The notes under the pieces are model-generated. The model made no database searches. It was given only the letters and a program-made list of their open reading frames with translations, and was not told where the DNA came from. This document shows positions 57,601 to 64,000 of a DNA stretch of 64,000 nt, in pieces. Positions within the stretch are counted from its first letter, which is position 1. Each line of letters opens with the position of its first letter. The stretch is from assembly GCF_011386835.1 (NCBI RefSeq), contig NC_088803.1:19158001-19222000 (forward strand), given 5' to 3'. A program made the translations under genes and the position numbers. This DNA comes from Chrysemys picta bellii. Taxonomy: Eukaryota.

Positions 57601-60600
57601 CCAGGGTCTTGCTGCCATCAATGATCATTATGGGGGGAGGCCACCTCTCTAGGGCTGGGAGGGGGAGGAGCCATCTCCTGCCAGTGTTCCCGCCCCAGTG
57701 CTTAGTGGGGTCCCCCAGTTACCAAAGGGGGGCTGATCCTTCCTGCCCCCCTGGAGAGGAGGCAGCCTGGCCCCTCGGGATGCTGACCTTGATTGCTCTC
57801 TGCCCCCAGATCCAGCTGGTCCGCCGAAGGCCTCCATCCTCCAGGGGTCGGGGACACACTGGGGGGTTAGGAGATGGTGTCAGCACAGGGATGGTAACAA
57901 CAACCACAACCACACACATCCTGTGCCTTACCAACAGCCCCCTGCCCGGACAGAACCTAGGAGTCCTGGCTCCCAGCCCCCCCCACTCTAACCACTAGAC
58001 CCCACTCCCCTATCAGAATCGGGAATAGAACCCAGGAGTCCTGGCTCCCAGCCCCACCTTGCTCTAGCCACTAGGCCCTACTCCCCTCCTAGAGCCAGGA
58101 GCACTTTGAACACCTGAGTAGCCTGTTAGAGCCTGATTACATTTCCCCCGAGACAGGCTGGCATGACAGGCCCGCGTTTCATTTTCAGCTCCCTGTCCAG
58201 GCTGGGGTTTGAATTTACGCTGTCCAGCTCCGTGGCTACAACCTGCCCTCTGGAGCCACCTGGGCCCAGTCAATTACAGCTGAGAGACTGGGGCCACTTG
58301 GGGCACGTCAGAACCCCAGTTTGATCCCTAGGTCTGTGTAGAGGAAGCTCCTTTCACATGTAAGGAGAAAGCACCAAGGGGCTGGCTGGAGAACTGAACA
58401 TCTGGGTGCTGACGGGTGGCACAATACCTGGTCTTGTTCCTCACAACCATGGGTGTCGCTAAGCCATTGTGCATGTTCCTTCACTGAGCGAAAAGGTCTC
58501 GAGAACGTTTTAAAGCAGGGGTGTACAGCCCAGCAGTAAGGGGTGTAAATTTTTAATGGGCCAGTGTAATTAACCATCAGAACAATTTACCGAAGGTCGT
58601 GGTGGATTCTCCCTCAGGGACAATTTTTAAATCAAGACTGGCTGTTTTTCTAAAGATCTGCTCTAGGAATGATTTGGGGGAAGGTCTCTGGCCTGGGCTA
58701 GACATAAGCTTGGCAAAAGTTGATTTTGATTTTTGTTTGTAATTTCAACAGACTATAGCAATTTTTTACGTATTTTTTTTTCTATTTTTATCAAATTCAA
58801 TGTTCCTCGTTGGTGAAAATTCTGGGTGTTCAACATTTCTTTTCCAACTTTTATCGATTTCAAATGTCATAGCTGTGGGAAATGATTGGGTGCCATAGTT
58901 GTTTAATGCCCGAAGACGGTGAGATGCAAAAATGTTAATGCTCAATAAACCATCACAACCCCACTTCTCAACGTCATGTGTCAAAATATACAAAGTCGAC
59001 GTCCTTTGATTGAACGCAAAGAAGTTCTCCGGCTGCGTGGGTGTGACTTCGCCGACCTGTGCCTGTTGAGTAACAGCGACGGAAAAAGTTTTTCACAGGT
59101 GTGTGCGGTGAAAGTGACATTTACCAACATTTACAGATTAAATTCTGATCTTTCCAGGGTGTCAGACGAGATGGTCACAAGGGCCCCATCTGGCTTGGAA
59201 TCTGGGAAGTCTTTTGAAGCGTGTGACCCAGGACTGCACATCATAGGGCTCTAGCTCCATCTAGCAGCCAGAGTTTCTTACATTGGCCTAGCCTTTAGCT
59301 TTAGATATACAAGTTCAATCCACCCCACACCCCGCAGCATCACCTTTCCCGCAGGCAAAGGAGCGAAATGACTTGCCAAGGCCACACAGAGATGGGAAAG
59401 GAACCCAGGTGCCCTGAGACATGGGATTATCTGCCCCTGTGACCCCCTCTGTCTCTTCCAGGAGAGAGCTCGCTAGTGGTAAATAACAAGAAGGTAATTT
59501 CATCCCTGCTGGTGTTGTGGAACCCAGCAAAGGACCATGGGTGATTTTTGCCCTCTGGGGTGCGTAACATGGAAGCGGATGCAGTTGGGCAGGAACCGTG
59601 TACGCTGCCGGGATGGGCTAGGCAGCTGTTGACCCCTGGAGGGCTTGTTCTAGCCCAGTCCCAGCTCACGGGCATCTGCTGCTGCAAAGGGAGACGGATC
59701 CTTCCCACGCCAGGGGGTGATTCCCAACCGGCTCCAGGGCAGAAAAGCTGGTTGGCTGCAGCAGGGAGACTTTCCTCTCTGGGGCCTGTCCAGTGCACGT
59801 TCAGGGAGCTGGAAATGAGAGACAGAGTTTTCTGCCTTTGTAACCCACTGGCCCTTACGCCCCTCCCAGAGCACGGGGCTCCTCCCCTTACCCACAAGGC
59901 TCTACTCCCCTGTGAGAATCAGCATAGAACCCAGGAGTCCTGGACCCCAACCCCCACTGCTCGGACCCACTAGACTCCCCCTCCTCTCCCAGAACTGGGG
60001 AGAGAACCCAGGAGTCCTGACTCCCAGTCCTCCTTCTCTAATCAGTCAAGACCCACTCCCCTCCCGAGAGCTGCGGTAGAACCCAGGAGTCCGGGCAGCT
60101 GCTCCAGCAGCCTGCTCCATGCGCCTGCATCCCAGCAGCCTGTGCTGTTTACTGTGTGGGGGTTGGCAAATCCCAAGCCCTATCTGTGTGGACATTCCCG
60201 CTCCCAGGGCCGGTCGGGGTTTCCCCGCGGCTTTCCCTTCCCAGCGCCCTTGTGAAATGGGGTCATGGGGACCAATAATAGCTGATGATGAACCACAAGC
60301 AAACACTGGGTTTGTCCTAGCACCTGCTTATCACGGCTCCAGGAACCAGCCCTGGGGATCTTTGCTCTGCACCATGTGACACCCGGAGGGGCCCCCCTGG
60401 GGTCAGAGCAGCCTGTGGCCGAGGCCCCTCATGCCCATTCCCCTTGGCAGCTTCCTGGCACTTGACAGCCCAGGATTGCTCTCCCTGTGCTGCAGGTGGG
60501 GAAACTGAGGCACAAAACTCCAGAACGGGTGTGGCCACAGCCAGGTGAATGTCAGCGAGCCGGTCTCCCAGACCTCCGCACTCCAGCCACTGCGCCCCAG

Positions 60601-62101
60601 TCTCTTTTGAGGGTCAGGGGTAGAACACAGCAGTCCTGACCTCTAGTGCCCACTGCTTAATCTTTTAGAGCCTCCCCCCTCCCAGGAGTCCTGGCTCCCA
60701 GCCCCCTTTCCACTAACCCACTAGATCAGTGTTTTTCAAACAGTGGGTCATGACCCACTACTGGGTCGCGGCATGTCAGGCACTGGGTCGCCTTGCTCTG
60801 GTCAGCACCCCTACCAGCCCGTTAAAAGTCCTGTCAGCAGTGTTGCCTGGCTAAGGCAGGCTAGTGCCTAGCTTTCCGACACCGCGCTGTGCCCCGGAAG
60901 TGGCCAACTGCGGGTCTGGCTTCTAGGCTTCTGCCCCCGCCCCAAGCACCAGCTCACCACTCCCATTGGCCGGACACTGGCCAGTGGGAACTTGGTGGGG
61001 GGGAGGCAATGCCTGCAGGGGTGACAGTCGCGCCAAGACGCTTGCATGCCTCCATCTAGGAGCCGAACCTGCTGCTGGCCACTTCCGGGGTGCAGCACAG
61101 TCCGTGGTGCCAGGACAGGCGGGAAGCCTGCCTCTGCACCCCGGCTGTACCGGTGACCAGGAGCCTCCGGAGGTAACCCAGGAGTCCTGGTTCCAAGCCC
61201 CCCCTTCTCTAACCATTAGATCCCACTGCCCACCCAGAGCCAGGAGAGAACCCAGGAATCCTGGATCCCAGACTCCTCCCTTCCCTCTAACCACTAGGCC
61301 ACACTCCCCTCCCAGAGGCCCGGGAGAGAACCCAGGTGTCCTGGTGTCCAGCTCGGCCCCCCTCCACCAAAGTCTTCTTCGTTTGATTTGAATGGGACCT
61401 GAGCATGCAGCCGTCTTAGGCCCCATGTCTGCATGTGAGGGCAGCGCAAGGCCGATGTGCTTACGGGGCGAGAGGGGTGGGTGAAGGGGGGCAGTGGGGG
61501 ACAGGGGTGCTGTGTGCGGTCTGTGCTATCTGCTCCCAGGCATTCCTAGATAACAGCCAGCAGGGAGCTGGCGGCTTTTCATCAGGAGATCCCTTGGCAA
61601 ACAACCCTGGGGCCGGGGGGGGGGGGGGGGGGGGGGGGCGGGGGGAGGAGGAGGTGATGTTTGTGGCTATAACTAAAACACAGGGCAGGGAGCCAGGATG
61701 CCTGGGTACTGTTCCCAGCTCTGGGAGGGGAGTGGGGTCTAGGGGTTAGAGTGTGGGGGCTGGGGGCCAGGACGCCTGGGTTCTGTCCCCAGCTCTGGGA
61801 GGGGAGTGGGGCCTAGTGAGGTAGCACAGGGTAGGGGGACTGGGAATCTATTCCCCAGCTGGGGACAGGAGAGGAGTGCTAGTGGGTCAGAACAGGGGCG
61901 GGGGTCAGGACTCCTGGGTTCCAACCCTGGCTGTGGGGTAGTGCTGGGTTGAGGGGCACTGTAGGGTGTACAGTGTCTCAAACTACTGGCCAGAGCCCCA
62001 TTGCTCCAGAACTCCCTACCCCACCCAGAATCCCTGGGCCCCTCAGTGGGAGGAGCTTCCCCCATCCCCTCCTCCCTACCCCCAGCTACCCAGCCGGGCT
62101 G

Positions 62102-62191
62102 TATATAACAGGGCTGGAGGGGAAGGAGGCTCAGGGACGCTCAGCTCTGCTGGTAGCTGGATCCATCTCTGACGGGAGCCGCAGGACTCAG
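62102..62191 (+). promoter_or_regulatory. Candidate TATA box and non-coding exon 1 of the RNase gene
   Basis: TATATAA at 62102-62108; donor CAG|GTGAGC at 62191/62192; acceptor TTCTTGCAG at 63215, 18 nt before the ATG. A non-coding exon 1 plus one coding exon is the RNase A family norm. Confidence 0.6.
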
Positions 62192-62809
62192 GTGAGCTGA
62201 GAACAGATTTTAGCCAAGGGGGAATGCAGATTGACTCGGGGCAGGGAGCAGAATGCGGCCCTGACTCCATTGCAGACAGGGGTAGGCTGTACAGATTCCT
62301 GGGTCTATCGCCGGCCCTCAGAGGGCAGAGAGAGGCTGTTTACACATGAAATGTGCACCTGCACCGCTGGACTGCCTGGGTTTAAACACTAACTATGCCC
62401 ACAGAAGGGCTTGCCTGCCAGTGTCTGCAATCCACCGCCCCGAGGGGCCCGACCTAGCACTGCCTGCAGCGGGGGTCAGGTCGGCACAACTACGGCACTG
62501 GGGGAGGGGTGGATTTCCCCTGACAGACAGAGCTATGCTGATGTATGTCCCCAGCATACACCAGCCTGGTGTGTAGAGGGATGGGGGAAGTGGGAGCCAG
62601 GACTCCTGGGTTCCCAGCGCTGCCACTAACTTCCAAAGTCTGTTCTCAGTCACCTAAATCTGGAGTGAATCCACAGGAACTTCTCCAGCTGCACTGGGGA
62701 AAGTGAGAACAGGGCCGGGACAGGCAAGAGGATGAGCGGGGGTGGTAACTGGACTGGAAAGAGTCAATGGGGGCGAGGGTTGGTAAGCAGGCTGTGTGAG
62801 ATCAATTAC

Positions 62810-63170
62810 CCCTCCCCTGCCCCACACCCTATACTGCCGCCCTAGTGCCCATTATACAGTATAGCCGCTGCTTCCCCTCCCCCACCCTCTGCTGCCCGTA
62901 GTGCCCATTATACAGTATAGCCGCTGCTTCCCCTCCCCCACCCTCTGCTGCAGTATAGCCGCTCCTTCCCCTCCCCCGTCCTCTGCTGCCCCTAGTGCCC
63001 ATTATACAGTATAGCTGCCCCTTCCTACCCCCACTCTCTGCTGCCCCTAGTGCCCGTTATACAGTACAGCCACCCGTTCCCCCCTTCCACCCTCTGCTGC
63101 CCCTATTGCCCGTTATACAGTATAGCCGCTCTTTCCCCACCCCTGCCCTCTGCTGCCCGTAGTGCCCGTT
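62810..63170. repeat. ~55-bp minisatellite in the RNase intron
   Basis: Six to seven units CCCTCTGCTGCCCCTAGTGCCCATTATACAGTATAGCCGCT... Confidence 0.85.
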
Positions 63171-63233
63171 AGAGGACAAAGCTCTGCCATGCATTACGGT
63201 GTCTTGTTCTTGCAGGCCTGCCCTGCTTCCGCA

Positions 63234-63668
63234 ATGGGTCTCTCTCGGGATGGGCTCAGCCTGCTCTTGTTCCTGGTGCTGGCCTGGTGCCTGGCCCCGC
63301 CTGTCCGCTGCCAGGGCCCGCGCTACGAGAAGTTCCTGCGGCAGCACCATGACCACCCGCGGACCAACGCCGGGCGGGATTACTGTGGGGCCATGATGCA
63401 GCGCCGGGGCATGGCCCGGCCCTGCAAAGACATCAACACCTTCATCCACGCCCCCAAGGCCCAGATCCAGGCTGTCTGCGGCTCCGGGGGCATCGAGTAC
63501 TGGGGCAGGCGGCGCAGCCGGGCTCAGTTCCCCGTCACCACCTGCTCGCTGAAGGGCCCCCCGTGGGGCCGGTGCAGCTACCTGGGCCACACCAACCACA
63601 GATTCCTCGTCGTCACCTGCGACCCGGCAGGCTGGCCCATGCAGTTCGATGAGAGCCACATCATGTGA
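63234..63668 (+). CDS. RNase A-superfamily (angiogenin/leukocyte RNase-like) secreted protein, 144 aa; His119 equivalent is Gln
   Basis: Signal peptide; FLRQH (His12); CKDINTF signature (Lys41); six mature Cys; C-terminal WPMQFDE instead of PVH(F/Y)D. Confidence 0.92.
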   Translation: MGLSRDGLSLLLFLVLAWCLAPPVRCQGPRYEKFLRQHHDHPRTNAGRDYCGAMMQRRGMARPCKDINTFIHAPKAQIQAVCGSGGIEYWGRRRSRAQFPVTTCSLKGPPWGRCSYLGHTNHRFLVVTCDPAGWPMQFDESHIM

Positions 63669-64000
63669 CGGCGCCGGGCACCACCGCCCTGCCCCGCCTT
63701 GGCATGGAACTGAGTCCTCGGCCACGCGTTGTGTCGAATGGGCCAGACCCCCGGCTGGTGTGAATGGACTCTAGCTCCATGGGGGTCAGTGGCACCAGCC
63801 CCCCAGCTGGTGTGAAAGGACTGTAGCTCTGTGGGGGTCAATGGGGCCAGCCCCCCAGCTGGTGTCAATCTGCATCTCTCTATTAACATTGGCACCACGG
63901 GAGCAGCGCTTCAAAGCCATGCAGCTCCTGTCCGGTGAGATGTGCTCTGGACACAAGCCCAGGACTGCCCGGGCCACGCAGGCTGCCTGGTTGTTCGCCC

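Noticed and set aside
55740-62000. Numerous 60-220 aa ORFs between the Gypsy relic and the RNase gene
   Set aside because: GC-rich dispersed repeats (AACCCAGGAGTCCTGG family) and MITE or CR1 fragments; no domain motifs or coherent exon chain.

Overview
Vertebrate genomic DNA, almost certainly a turtle. This is inferred from a full-length CR1 LINE with an (ATTCTATG)n tail, a tRNA-derived SINE carrying the CR1 3' tail, Penelope fragments and many hAT MITEs. The first ~12 kb is mostly repeats. The rest is a GC-rich immune-gene neighbourhood resembling the chymase/cathepsin G/granzyme locus. It holds one intact five-exon cathepsin G/granzyme-like protease (+, 37482-41285) and three broken paralogues: exons 4-5 only (+), exon 1 only (-), and exons 1-4 with the Ser195 exon deleted (-). 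It also holds an SDR39U1 copy with a nonsense codon and no visible exon 1, an intact-looking nonclassical MHC class I-like gene (-, ~46.7-50.0 kb) whose alpha2 domain resembles FcRn by eye, and an RNase A-family gene whose His119 equivalent is Gln. A 20.8-kb block (14065-34859) carrying an inverted partial duplicate of the locus lies exactly between two copies of one hAT MITE, whose outer flanks reconstitute a single target site. Mobile elements include a CR1 with both ORFs open and an in-phase U_UUA_AAC slippery site at the ORF1 stop, a deleted Gmr1-like Gypsy element (tRNA-Ser PBS, 5-bp TSD), solo LTRs, and Penelope ends with minimal hammerhead motifs. All alignments were made by eye from memory of the families; no searches were run.
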